Source of the DNA: Octopus sinensis
Taxonomy: Eukaryota
Reading direction: 5' to 3'
DNA: 64,000 nt
Assembly (NCBI RefSeq): GCF_006345805.1
Contig: NC_043004.1
Span: 75,578,001-75,642,000, forward strand
Under the pieces are notes generated by a model that saw only the letters and a program-made list of their open reading frames with translations, made no database searches and was not told the origin of the DNA. Position 1 is the stretch's first letter; each line of letters starts with the position of its first letter. Positions 39,501 through 54,000 of the stretch are shown piece after piece. The position numbers and the translations under genes are program-made.

Positions 39501-42500
39501 TAAACCCATATTTTTCCAAAGAGAGGTATTACTAAAAAAATATCAAAGCTCAAGAGATAAGTACCTACTTTCCTGCCATGCCAAGTTTGGGCCCTTTTTA
39601 TCTGAGGAAAGATCAAACAATGTTCTGGTAGACAAACTATGACACAACTGAAAAAGACGGGTAAGAATGGACACTTACTTGTTGTCGCTTCTTAGAAGCT
39701 ACTTCTTTCTCAGCCTTGATTTTGGTAGCATGATCAATGACAGGCTGAATACGTCGACCAACAGGAGAGGGAAGAGTCTCTTCGAGGGTAATCTTCTTTT
39801 GTTTTACACGACCCTTTGAAGACTTCTGGGTTTTGATGATATCTACTTTCTCGTCTTCCCGTACTTGTTCTTCAAATTGCTACATAAAAGAAGACAGAAT
39901 AACAATATAGTTCTATATTTAAGGGATGAGACATTATTTACATTTAACAGATATTTCTCCTCATCTTGTTTGTTGTTAACACAACAGTTCGGCTGATGCT
40001 CAATTATTATTGCAGGAATGTACACAGCACATGTACTACAGCATTATTATGAGTAACTTAAATACTGAGATTGAAAAGAAGGGACAAATTATGCCAACCT
40101 AATCTGCAAAAAGATAAAACATTTTGCATTTTATGCATAGTAATCAGAGTAACCTTCATAATTTTATTGAATTAGGTGCATATTTTGCCATAAAAGGAAC
40201 ATGCTGCTATCAATCTATTCCATTCAAGGTAGGCACTGCCTACCTTGCCTACCTAGACAGCACATCCCTGATATATATATATATATATATTATTATTATA
40301 TACATTATTTACAATTGAAGGATAGTTGTCCTCATCTTGTTTGTTGCTAACACAACGTTTCAGCTAATATACCCTCCAGCCTTCATCAGGTGTCTTGGGG
40401 AAATTTCAAATCTGGGTTTTCATTCCTAACGTATTTTTCGATGTTATTATTATTATTATTATTATTATCATTATTATTCAGGTCACTGCCTGGAATTAAA
40501 CTCGGAATTTTAAGGGTTAGTAGCCCGCACTCTTAACCACTTAGCTATATGCCCATCGATATGTCAAGACTTTCCAAGTTTTATTCCCCACTCACCCACC
40601 CACAATATTTTTGTTTAAATTCCAACTTGTTTACAATGAAATACATTGGTTAACAAAATATATGAACTTTATCTTTCATTGTTATGTATTCACTCCAGAA
40701 CAATCAATTAGAATAATTATTTGAGTATCAGACAAAATATCTTGCAGTCTCTTATTCTAGCTCTTTATGTTCTCAGTTCAAATTGCAACAAGGTCAAGGC
40801 CCCCCATTGTTAAAGGGCCCATAAAGTAAAGCAGCAATCAACTACAAGAATCAATACGATCAACAACCCCACCCAATCCTCATACATACACAAACAATCC
40901 ACAACACTTCTTAACTGCCATGGCCACACCATATGTAGTAATAATCTAAATGGCGCTCAATCAGTTACAACGATGAGGGTTCCAGTTGACTAAATCAATG
41001 AACAGACAGCTCATGAAATTAAAATGCCAGTGGCTGAGTACTCCACAGACATGTGTATACTTAATGTTGTTCTTAGAGAGATTCAAAGTGACACAGAGTG
41101 TGACAAGGCTGGCCCCCTTTGAATTACAGGTACAACTCATTTTTGCCAGCTGAGTGAACTGGAGCAACGTGAAATGAAGTGTCTTGCTCAAGGACACAAT
41201 GTGTAGCCAGATATCAAGGTCATGACCTTAGAATTGTGAGCCAAATGCTTTAACCACAAAGCCAGACATCTTCACAATTGGTTAAATAGAGAAAATATGA
41301 AAGGGGAGGTTTATAAAAAAAAAATACCAAAAAAGGTGGAAGTTGCTAAGAAAAAGCTGATACTGCTAAGAAAATAATTGAAACTTGATCAATGACAAAA
41401 CCAACTCACATCTAGCTCAGTTAGAAGGACATCCAAATCATCTCGGTAAATGTCTTCTGGCCTCTTGCGCCGCAAAATTTCAAGTTCACCAGCCTTTGAA
41501 TAAAAACACACAAAGTTAAACTCAACTTTATAATACTGACACTGACAAATAAAGTGTTAAAAAGTAATATCTGTTATTATAATGAAGGCGGAAACAGAGA
41601 CCAAATATGCAACAGAAGCAGAATTTATCAGTAAATACATCACACAAAAAAAAAACAATTTAACTGCAATAACATGGAATTCATATTAGATCCAGCCACT
41701 TTTATCGCTGATTTATTCATCACTGACCCAGGATAACATGGTACACTCTTAATGAATTGTTCCACTAATTACAAATTGATCTCTGATAGCATGGGTTTCT
41801 CTGATCAAAGATTCTGTATGGATTGCAAAAGCTTGCCTCAGGGCATAAAATTCTTTATTTAAAAGAGATGTATATGAATAAAGATAGCAAACATGGTATG
41901 TATCGCTTCTTTAAATGTAAAACATAGTAAAATTAGTAAGTTTAAAATTGTGTTTTAAATCTAATAAAATTAGTATATTCAGTGGTGTAAAAAGCACCAT
42001 TCAAGTATGGTCGATGCCAGTACCGTCTGACTGGCCCTTGTACCAGTAGCACGTAAGAAGCACCCACTACACTCTTGGAGTGGTTGGTGTTAGGAAGGGC
42101 ATCCAGCTGTAGAAACCTTGCCAGATCAAGATTGGAGCCTGGCGCGGCCTTCTGGCTTGCCAGCCCTCAGTCAAACCATCCAACCCATGCCAGCATGGAA
42201 AGCGGACGATGATGTGTATCAAAACAATGACACATACAGGGAGGTGGGGGACAGCTAAACACGATAAAAAGGAGTGTCGAAAATCTTAAGATGAAGGGTG
42301 AGGGATTCACATCTAATCGTTGGTATTGCACATGGGTGCATATAAAAAACAAATTAGCTCCCATTGTCTCAGACCAGCTGTATGTAAGTATGATGGGGAG
42401 GTATAGTTCTCATCTGCAAAGTTTCAAAACACAGAATAACTGACAACTGAATTGGAGTCTATGAGCTTTGAGCACTCAAATTTCTATAAGAGTCCCCATT

Positions 42501-45500
42501 CAATCTCTCAGGCTTCCCACAAAAATAGGTCCCAGACCTTAATTTAGCTTGTGAGTAATAACTGATGAATAGTATCACATCCTTATCATCATCATCAACA
42601 ACATTTAACATCCATTTTCCATGCTGGCATGGGTCAGATGGTTTGAGAAGAACTGGCATAGCCAGGGATCACACCAGGTCCTATAGTTTGTTTTAGCTTA
42701 GTTTCTGTAGTTGGATGCCCTTCCCAATGCCAACCACTTTACAGAATGTACCGGCTGCTTTTTACGTGGCACCAACACCCACACCAATACTTGGTTTTAG
42801 GACCTCACATCGGACTAAATCTATTGACTGGTTTAACATCTCTGCCTAGCTTTTGGGTAACTTTAGCAGAGTTCACTGTTTCAACACTCGGGCCAGAGCC
42901 CCACCATTCTTGTCATAGGTATGCAGGCCCTGAACAAGAATCAGGATCAGCACAAACAGATATTTCACTGATGGATTTCTTTCAATTTCTGTCAACCAAA
43001 TCCACTCACAAGGATTTGGTAGCCTGGGGCTATACCAGAAGACACTTGCCCAAGGTGCCACAAAGTGGAACTGATCTTGAAACTATGTGGTTGGGAAACA
43101 AATTTATTACCCTCTCACCTACACATGCCTGCATCTTGTGTAAAATAATGAAATTAACCAAATCCGAGAGAATGTAAAGGGCGATAATCCAATAAGTGCC
43201 CACCCCACCCTACTCAATTGACGGGATAAAGTTTCAGAAATTAACAATCAATTCACCTTGACTTCTCGTTGACGGATATAGTCTTCTTTCTTTTCTTTGG
43301 TTAAACACCACAGGGGTAGATTGAGGATGTAGTTAAAGTCTGGACCACTTGTTTCCTCTTTCTCCTCATCATCTGAACTGTCATCTTTTTCCTAAAATAA
43401 TAAAAAATTTAAAAGTTATTCAAGTAATAAACAATTTAGAAGAAATTTCCAAACTAAGAAACCATTTTATTTATTTATTTATTAATATTTGGTTTGCAAG
43501 AATCTTGATGTGAACGCATGTGTGGAAGCAAATGTTGTCCTATGTTGGGAGGGTCATGGATGCCAAGAACAAAAACAAAGGCAGGCTTGATGCAGATATA
43601 TGAGTGGAGAATGCAGGTCACTGACATCGCAAATGGCAACAAAAGGTCTTTGATAAACCTGTTTGATTCATTGACCAAACAACTAATCCATCAATTGGTT
43701 AAATATAAACATATTAACTAATGATACTAATGGCTAATCTCATCAATTTCGATGTATGAGTATTTGAAGGAATGGATTTTAAAAAAAAGGGGGGGATAAT
43801 AAATAAAATAAGCTGCATCTGTTTGCAATGGATGTGACAATGTAACTTGAGTCCAGGAATGGATTTTGTTATGAAGTTGCCATGGGGACGTTGATGATTT
43901 TGACTTAGCCTGAGATTGGACAAGTATGTCTGTTGATTGCAGGTTACAATTCTTTTATTGTTACATTTCTTCAACTCAGATTGTTTAGATGCATCAGGAC
44001 ACATTTTATGCTACTCAGATCAATCTAGGCTATAACTTTCTCAAGATGTTAAATTAAGCTGTAGGCATTCTAGTAATTGCTTCAATTTATCCTTATACCT
44101 ATGGATGGGTCTTCCTTTAATCACAGAATCTCTCTACTTGTTGGCCATACAAAACAAGTTATTTTACTAAATTCTTTGTTATATTTAAAGTAAATTATAA
44201 GAAACACAGAGCATCACAAAATAAATACAGTAAGGAAAGGGTTAAACCCTCATCACAGGTTTATTTTAAAACTTTTTGGTTAATTCAGTTTATCAGCAAC
44301 AAATAAATGGAAGATAAGCTGTGTTCAGCAAAAGACAAATGTTGAGAGCATTTTACCTTATTTTTTGACTGACTGTCTTTCCATGCTTTGATTGGGTCAG
44401 AATCATAGCCCCTACGGACCAATAATTGAATCAGATCCTTCTTTGATACATTTTCTAGAAAGAACAAAACAAAACCAACATTTTAACATTAAATATAGTG
44501 CTGCGTGTGTGTGTGTGTGTGTGAGTGAAGTGAATATGTCAATTCACGGTGAAACTAACTTATGTTCCCTAAAAAGGAATTCTATGATCATAACTGAATC
44601 AATTTTCTAAAATCATAGCAGCACAACTTTCAGAAACTGCAGATTAAACCCAAACTTTCAAATGAAATGGTTCCAGAAAAAAAAAAAAGCCACGATTGCG
44701 TTATTTCTGCCACATTGGCTTTGTGGCATGTGAACTTTCGTATCCTTCACTAGGTCAGTTCGAAGGTCACTTTAGAATTTGCTTTTAGTCACATTTTTGA
44801 TGCATCAATACTTACAATACATTTTGTACAAGCAAGGCAGTGAGCTGACAAGATGCACAAGAGTATTATATTATAAATGTATAACATCTAGTCACTGTTG
44901 ACATCATCATCATCATTTAATGTTTTACATTCCGGCATAGGTTCAATGGCTCAACAGGATGTCACAAGTTGGAAAACTGTGCCAAGCACCACCGTCTGCT
45001 TTGGCATGGCTTCTACAGCTGGATGCCCTTCCTAATGCCAACCACTTCACAGAATGTACTGGTTAGTGCTTTTTATGTTGCACCTGCACCAATAAGGTCA
45101 CCAAGCAACTTGCAAGACAATGACCCTCAACTGAGAGGATATAATAGTGAGGGAAGGGGATGAGAGGTTAAACTACAATATAGGGACAAAAATAGGTGCC
45201 TCGCAGTAGGAAATGTACATGATTACCGCCATATGGAAGAGAGAGACATTTAAAAGAATAACCATATTCCAATTCTAAATTTCCCCCAGACACCTGATGA
45301 AGGTTGGAGGGTATATCAGCTGAAATGTTGCGTTAACAACAAGATGAGGACAAATATCTGTCTAATGTAAATAATGAATACCCATATTATTCTACAATCA
45401 TGATAGTAAAACAGAGCACAAGATCCTAAACAAAAATGTGAACCAATTTAAATATATTTCTTTAATGAATTCAAAAGAAACAGGATTATTAAGATATTTT

Positions 45501-48500
45501 TCTCACCAATTTTGACAAGCCCATCAATTTTCTCCATGATGAAGCGAGCAATGTTATCTAACTTGAGGGATTCAGATTTGATCATTCCTTCCAAGTAGTC
45601 TTTTCTCCTTTTGTAATAATCGAGTCGGAGGTCAAAGAATTCACGCATTATTTGTTCCACCTTGTCATACTTCCGGATGCAACCATTCTGATCGAATAAT
45701 ACCTGCAATTCAATATATCAAAGTCTCCACATCAATACATTTTCCATATTATAAGAATAAAATAAAAATTAAGATAAGTTCACAGAAATTGGTAATGATT
45801 ACTGTTGGGCTTGAATTAGACTGAAGCTTGACATCATCATCACCATCACCATTATTATTTAACAACTGTTTCCCATTCTGGCATGGCCTGAGTGGTTTAA
45901 CAGGAGCTGGCAAGACCAGGATCCACACCAAATTCCATAGTCTGTTTTGGTACAGTCTCTATGGCTGGATGCCCTTCCTAACACCAATTACTTTACAGAG
46001 TGTACTGGGTGCCTTTTATGCGATACCAGCACCAACACGATCACAAACTACCTTGCAAAACTGTTATGCCCCACATTATAATGACATATTTCAGCATCTC
46101 TGCGGGACTGGCCCGAACAGCGTACCTCACTGACTGACATGACTGACAGTGTCAGTCCACTATTTATTAGTAGTGGACCAGCCTACTTCTTGCCTGAGGG
46201 CATCTTCCACAACAAAAAGCTCCTCAACTGGGAGGTGGGAAGTATTGATGGTTTGTGACTTTGTGCCAGTCGAAAGATTTAAGGTATAGAGGAGACAGCT
46301 ATAGGTGTGTTGCTATAGAACAACCACAGGAACATCTCAGTTGGAAAACTAAGGACCGAAAGTTGATTGCACATGTCCTGTGTTCTGCCTTGTAGTAATG
46401 ACCTTAAGATATAAATCCATTATGTGCAACAGAAGTAGTCATAGATTAAAATAGCTGTGTCTATTAAATCATACACAAACAAACATAAGTTTCTTTTTGA
46501 AGCATTAAAATGTATAGTAGAACACGTAGAAAGATAAAAAATTTTCAACACGTTAATACTGAATAGTATATATGAAGGAAAAAATCCTTTTAAGAGTAGT
46601 TTGGCTTAAAAGGTAAAGCACTCCAACTGGATATTGCAGGGGTGTGAGTTCAATCCTCATGGCTGGTTGCTGGCAAATTTTTCTGCTCTTAAAAAGATTT
46701 TATCCTTTATATATACTGTTCAGTGTTAACGTGTTGAAAAAAATTTATCTTTCTAGCTATATCTATGTATCATACTTAACATCAATTCACCACGAGAAAC
46801 CAAATTAACTACAATATTCATTCAGAGGTATTATCTCTTATGAATGTACTGTGTTTAAAGACACAAAACCATATCAGAAGCCGACAGAAATCATCTGGCA
46901 GTGGAGGAGATGAGAATGCTAGATGTGCATCTCTGTCTTGCCAAGCTTTTGCCTCAAGGTTCTACTCACTGGCAACGGTATGCAAAATCACTGATGCAAT
47001 TAGCCAACCAGCTGAGTAAAAATCAGTCATATACAACTGAAGCAGTATTGAATTAAAATAGTTATCTATGTATCATACTTAATGCAAATACAACCCAAGA
47101 CATGTTTTGTTAATATCATCTTATCTACCTCTACTGATGCAGAGGTAGCTGAGATGATCACATGTTCGGCTGTGTAAATAGTTAAGTAAGGAGAAAGAAG
47201 TAGAAAAGATTTGAGTAATTTCTTTGTTTGTTAATATTATTATTAATGTCTGTAATACTTACCATACTCTATAGTATCTGGTGTGAGTCATTTTCTTTTT
47301 GTGCCTTATTATGTAACACACTCACCGGTAAAATTTCCACGTTTTTTCTAAAATTTTCGTTGCGTCTTGCAACCTTTTCAATAGTTTTGACTCAAAACTA
47401 TTGAAAAGGTTGCAAGACGCAACGAAAATTTTAGGACAATGAAAATAAGAAATAAGTGGAAATTTTACCGGTGAGTGTGTTACATTATAAGGCACAAAAA
47501 GAAAATGACTCTCCCCAGACACAACAGAATATGCTTCAACACAAAAACTCATATAAAGAATCTTACAAACCAAATCCAAAAGCGAAATACTTACCATACT
47601 GTTTGTAGAGAATGTTGTTTGCAGTTTGAAGAATTTGTGAAGACCAGATGCTTCAGCATTGGCAAGTTTCTCAGCTGACATCTTCACGACAAACCTGACT
47701 GTTGCGTCAGTATGATATTCCTTATAATCTCTAAAAGAGTTGCAAAGGAAAAAAAAAGAAAAGGATCCCAATTACAAATAGAAAGCACCAGCAGCTAAAA
47801 ACTGCTGCTCAAAACAGACAGACAACAATGAATACGTAATCTCCGGACCATAACCATGTCGTTGTTAAAACTAAATGTGCCAATATTAAAACATTTCGCT
47901 TTTAGATCAACCATATCCAGCCCAAACACTCCATGTTTTATGTTTAAATCATCAAGATCCAAACCCTCACACCTATCCTACATCATTCTAAATATAAAAA
48001 TTTACTCCAAGCTGCATGGCTCAGTGGTTAGAGCGTCAGGCTCACAATCATGAGGTAGTGAGTTTGATTCCTGCACTGGGCTGTGTGTTGTGTCTTTTAC
48101 CTTTCCCTTGGATAACATCAGTTGCACGGAGAGTGGGAGGCTGGTATGCATGGGAGACTGCTGATCATCCATAAACAACCTTGCCTGGACTTGTGCCTCA
48201 CAGGGTAACTTTCTAGGTGCAATCCCATGATCATTCATGACCAAAAGGGGATTTTACCCTTTTTTAAATCTCAAACCTACCAGATATGCCTGATTAATTC
48301 AAAACAATGTGAATAAAAAAACATTACATTGACAGAATAACCTGACTGCTAAAGGGTCAAACATTTTTTTCAGATGAAATCCATTATTATACAGTCCTTG
48401 CTATAGTGGTTGTGTTACTATAGACATTAAATATCAGTAACACCTGATGACATGGATGTATAAATAGATCATCATCATCATCGTCGTCATTTAACGTCCG

Positions 48501-51000
48501 CTTTCCATGCTGGCATGGGTTGGACGGTTTGACAGGGCTGGTGAGCCGGAAGGCTGCACCAGGCTCCAACCCAATCTGGTAAAGTTTCTACAGCTGGATG
48601 CCCTTCCTAATGCCAAACACTCCGAGAGTGTAGTGGGTGCTTATTATGTGCCACCAGCATGAGGGCCAGTCAGGAGGTACTGGCATCAGCCACACTCGAA
48701 TGGTGCTTTAGACATGCCAGCAGCATGGGACCAGTCAGCTGGCACTGGTATCAACCATGCTAAAATGGTGCTTTTTACATGCCACCGGCACGGTAGCCAG
48801 TCAGGCAGCACTGGCAATAATTACACTTGAAAGGTGCTTTTTACATGCTACCAGTATACTAAAACCCCATCAAATCAAAGGAAACAATTCCATGATGCTA
48901 ATATATTTGAGATCTATTAATAACACAGCATTTGTTTTCACAAGAGTAAGCTTTGCTCGTAAGCACTACGTTTTAAAAATAATGGAGTATTTAATTTCAG
49001 CTTCACATTTTAGAGAAACATGCATTATGCGTAGTAGAAAAACCAACACCAACATTTTCCTATTAATGTCCACTTTGCCATGCTGGCATGGGTTGAACAT
49101 GGTTTATGGAGGCAAGTTTTCTACAACCACATGCCCTTCTTGCCACCCATCCCTCACCTGTTCCCATGCAAAGTAATATCTTCCGGTAAGCAGACATTCT
49201 GACAAATGACTGGAAACAAAGGACATTGCTGGCTTCAGAGTGACACAAGGAGACACAAATACACACAAAGCTTTGGTCAAAGCTATAGAAGACACTAGCC
49301 CAAGCAGGAACACAATGGAACTGAACCTGAAATCTAGAGGTTGGGAAGCAAGCTTCTTACCACACAGCCACACGCCAATGCCTAGTTAATTTATATAATG
49401 CATCATGACAGAACTTTGTGCTGGTACATAGTACTGACTCTCTCTCTCTCTCTCTCTCTCTGAAAGCACACACTTATAAGGTAGATATACAAATTCCATA
49501 CTTACATTATCACAGATGGATTTTTCTCAGATCCATGTAACATAGGTTCTAACACCTCTTCCTTATAGTTTTGTGTCCAAGTACGGAGGGGGAGTTCTGA
49601 AATTTCGACTGTTGTCTCATCCAAAACAGAAACCTCACCACTCACTAGATACTTGTTCTCACTCAACTCTTCAATTGTACCTTTGAAGTTCTTGAACCAT
49701 GGAACCTGAAAGCAAACACAAATAAAATTAAGTCGCACAGAATTTATAACAACATTATTACATCAATCAAACAAAAACCATTTTTCTGTAAGCTGTTTAA
49801 ACAGTATTTGTATTTTTCTCTATATATTTAACAGAATGTGAAGGAAGGAAGGATGAGGTTATGAAAGACAGAGGATTAAGTGGGGAAGAAATAATGTCAA
49901 GAGGCTGAATCTCAATGAGGTGAGTTGATGAAGACTGCGGTGTGTGACAAAGTGCTGCAGGAGAGAGAAGTCGTCCAACCCAAACAAAAATGGAAAAACA
50001 CATTTGATGGATGATATTGGGATATGTAAATAGCTACAGTTGGCCCTCTCCAAACCATTACATACGGTCCTTACTTTGACCTTTCAATGCCTAGCATAAA
50101 CTTCTCCATACACTCATTCAGTCAAGATGGCTCATTTTTCTTTTTTTATATATTTCTTCCTGTTCTTTTTCTGCCTTGCAAGTTATTCGGCGACCTCACT
50201 CGTGCTGGTGCCACATAAAAAGCACCCAGCTGTTCAGACCATGCCACAGGTGACACTGCAGCTCACTGCATCCTATTCAAATCATTCAGCCTATGCCAAC
50301 ATGCAATGCACATTTCAATGATGATGAAGATAACTTTCTCTACTTGCATTTATTATTCTCTCAACTTATTACCCAAACTTTCTATGAATGCACCCACCTG
50401 CCTACTACTATTATCTGTTTCTCACAACATCATTTATTAATGCAGGACATCCCACTGGATCTTATCTAATATCCCCCAACAATTTTTCTTCTTTCGTTGC
50501 TAACCATCATTCTCCATTTCCCACTCCTGCCTCACCTCCCTCCCATTTTTAATTGGCATTCTTTCATTCTTTTATTTGTTTCAGTCATTTGACTGCAGCC
50601 ATGCTGGAGCACCGCCTTCAGTTGACCCCAGGACTTATTCTCTGTAAGCGTAGTACTTATTCTATCAGTCTCTTTTGCACCGCTAAGTTACAGGGACGTA
50701 AACACACCAACATTGGTTGCCAGGCGATGAGGGGGGGGGGTACAAAGACAGACACACAAACATATACACACATACACATATAAATATAGGGCTTCTTTCA
50801 GTTTCCGTCTACCAAATCCACTCACAAGGCTTTGGTTGGCTTGAGGCTATAGTAGAAGACACTTGCCCAAGGTGCCAGTCAGTGAAACTGAACCCAGAAC
50901 CATGTGATTGGTAAGCAAGCTACTTACCACACAGCCACATTTAAGCTTTTATCATCACTCTCTTGCACTAATTTCTCTTCTATTGTTTTTTATTGATATT

Positions 51001-51038
<38 letters not shown>

Positions 51039-54000
51039 ACACCATACAAACTAAATTTGTAACAACCTCAGCAAATGGGAGTTTAATGTTATTTTCTGTC
51101 CACACGAATCAACAGAAACAGATGCAGCAACACATCAGAAAGACAGACAGAAAATGTAACATTTTCATTATTTAATATGAAATAATTTCATCTGGTCTTA
51201 GTTGTGATGGCTAAAACAAACCGAAGAGCTATTAAGTTTATACAAAACAAATATGGTATGTGTATGTGTATATGTATCAGAGCATGAGTATGTGTGCAGG
51301 AGCTATATGTTTCAGTAAGTATACGTATGCATGTGCACAGATATATACTCTTTTACTTGTTACAGTCATTTGACTGTGGCCATGCTGGAGCACCGCCTTT
51401 AATAAAATCTATACAATATATTATATACACTATGCCGATAAGCATAATCCTTTTTACATACAAACCACACACAATCCAATAAGAAGGCACAATAACAAAA
51501 ACAGAGGACAATATGCTTTGGATGCCAAAAGTATTCTTCTGCATCTCTGAAAGTTATTGAATTAGTAAATAACCAAATCGTAGTTTTACAATGATTAACT
51601 TTCACAGTGCTGGTTAAATTTTTCCGGGTGATTTTATATTCAAATCAGTTCTCACCTCTTCCACTTCAGTGGAAATTTAATGTGTGTGTACTGAGACCCC
51701 CTTCGATCATGAATGACTGTGGGATTGCACCTAGAAAGTTACCCTCCCAGGCACAAATCCGGGCAAGGTTATTTATGGGAGACCAGCAGTTGCCCATGCA
51801 TACCAGCCTCCCCTCTCCACGCCACCAGTGTTATCCAAGGGAAAGGCAAAGGGGCCGATACAGCTTGGCACCAGTGACATTGCGACTCATTTCAACAGCT
51901 GAGTAAACTGGAGCGACATGAAATAAAGTGTCTTGCTCAAGAACACAACACGCAGCCCGGTCCAGGATTCAAACTCACAACCTCACGATTGTAAGCTCAA
52001 TGCTCTAACCACAGAGCAATGCCTTCAAATATGTGTGTACTATATTATAAATAAATGTGGAGAATTCCAAAAAGTACCCCACTATCACAAAACAAGTTGA
52101 CTCAATTCTGGTGTCCCAAGTGCACAATAATGGAACTGAATGTACTTGGTTCCTGTATAGTAAGTGTTAATATGATTCTGTACTGGCAATCAGATTACAT
52201 TTTCAAATATATTGTTTGCTCGTTCAAATCATTTTGGAATAATTCTGCATTATATAATGTGATAATATATTTTTAAAATGACACTGTAGGGCAGGTATGA
52301 GAGGCCAATTCTAGCCAATTTGAACATAAAACTGGTAGAAAAGTTGGGCCAGATATGGCTGGATTAAATGCTAAAGGCTTAAAATAACTGTCACCAAAAT
52401 GATCAGAGACAATTTACTCAATGTCACAGGAATAAATTCATCATCATCATCATCATCATTTAACGGCCACTTTCCATGCTGGCATGGGTTGGACGGTTTG
52501 ACTGAGGACTGGCAAGCCAGGAGGCTGCACCAGGCTCCAATCTGATCTCACAAGGTTTCTACAGCTTGATGCTCTTCATAACACCAACCACTCCATATAT
52601 CGCAGCCATTGCGACGTGACGAATGCACGGTGCCAAGCGGGCCACTTTTGGTAAGCAGAATAGTAAATGATACGATGCCCGGCACTGGCATCGACCACGA
52701 TCATGGGAGCCATAAACTGTAGTACATAATTGAAGTTCTCTTAGCTATTAAAGTTGTTAAGAGATATTGACATAAACATGCTGCTGCATAAAAAGAAATA
52801 GGAAAATAGATATAATTAAGAAGAGGGGGAAATCTCAAAAAGATGTGAAAGTAATCACCATGTTTAGAGGATCATTTCCTGCCAACATTCGCCTGATATT
52901 TGATATGATCTCTCTTGGATCATAGTTAGGTATTTTGGTACTCCATCCTGTGCCAATGCCATCGGTTCCATTCACCAATATCATTGGAATAATGGGAACA
53001 TAGTATTCGGGTTCAATTTTCTGGTTGTCATCATAGAGGTTTTTCAAGAGAGGAAGATCGTCCGAGTGAAATATTCTTTTTCCAACCGAACTGCAAATGC
53101 AAAGAAAAATTAAGTACCACAAAACCGCATTTACTCATGCGTAAATCGCACTCATGTACATGTTGCACTCTTTATTTAGTGTTAAATCTTAGTGTAACAC
53201 CTTTTCCCCATCATGATCAAACTTTCGCAGTAAGTCCTGCCCCAGTTTTTACAGTTAAAAAATGAGTATAAGATACTGTGACTGATACAAGGGTACTTAT
53301 AGTGTTTAAGGGATGAAAGAACTTACTAAAAGGGTAAACAATGAAACACTGTGTCTTAGACCAGGAAAAACAAAAATATGGACCTCAAAAAGTGTTATTC
53401 TTTATAAATAACATCCAGCATTGGAAGTTATACATAAATACAACAATCAAAACAACAATTTTAAAAAGCTGATACCTTAAAAGTGTAAAGATATAACGGG
53501 GGCTGGCAGCATCTTTGCCCCCATGTAACCGGGTTCCAAACTGACCAATGGGCAGCAGTAAGTTTATGTTGTTTGAACCAACAAAGTTCTGGGCTAAGTT
53601 GATAATTGTACTCATAAGTGAAGCCTGTTAAATACATAAACAAACAAATGTAAGCTTTTGAATCCATAGGTCTTGCTTCAATCAACACACACACACACAC
53701 ATGGTATTGCCAACAATATACATTTATTGAATACTTTTCACTATAATTGTTATACTTCTCATAAACTGGGCTCATTGTCTCTTTTAACTGATATAGGCAG
53801 AAGAAAAACCTTTGGCACAAAAACAACAAATATGAGAACAATCTTACCACCAATGGTCATACATGAGTTTGCTGTGACTTACATTATACACCCTCCACCA
53901 CCGCTGCCGCCATCATCATCACTACTGTTTAACCCATTGCCTGTCACGAGCCCCTTTTGGGGATCTGCTCAAAACAGTCTCACTGCCAGCTGTTCATTGC

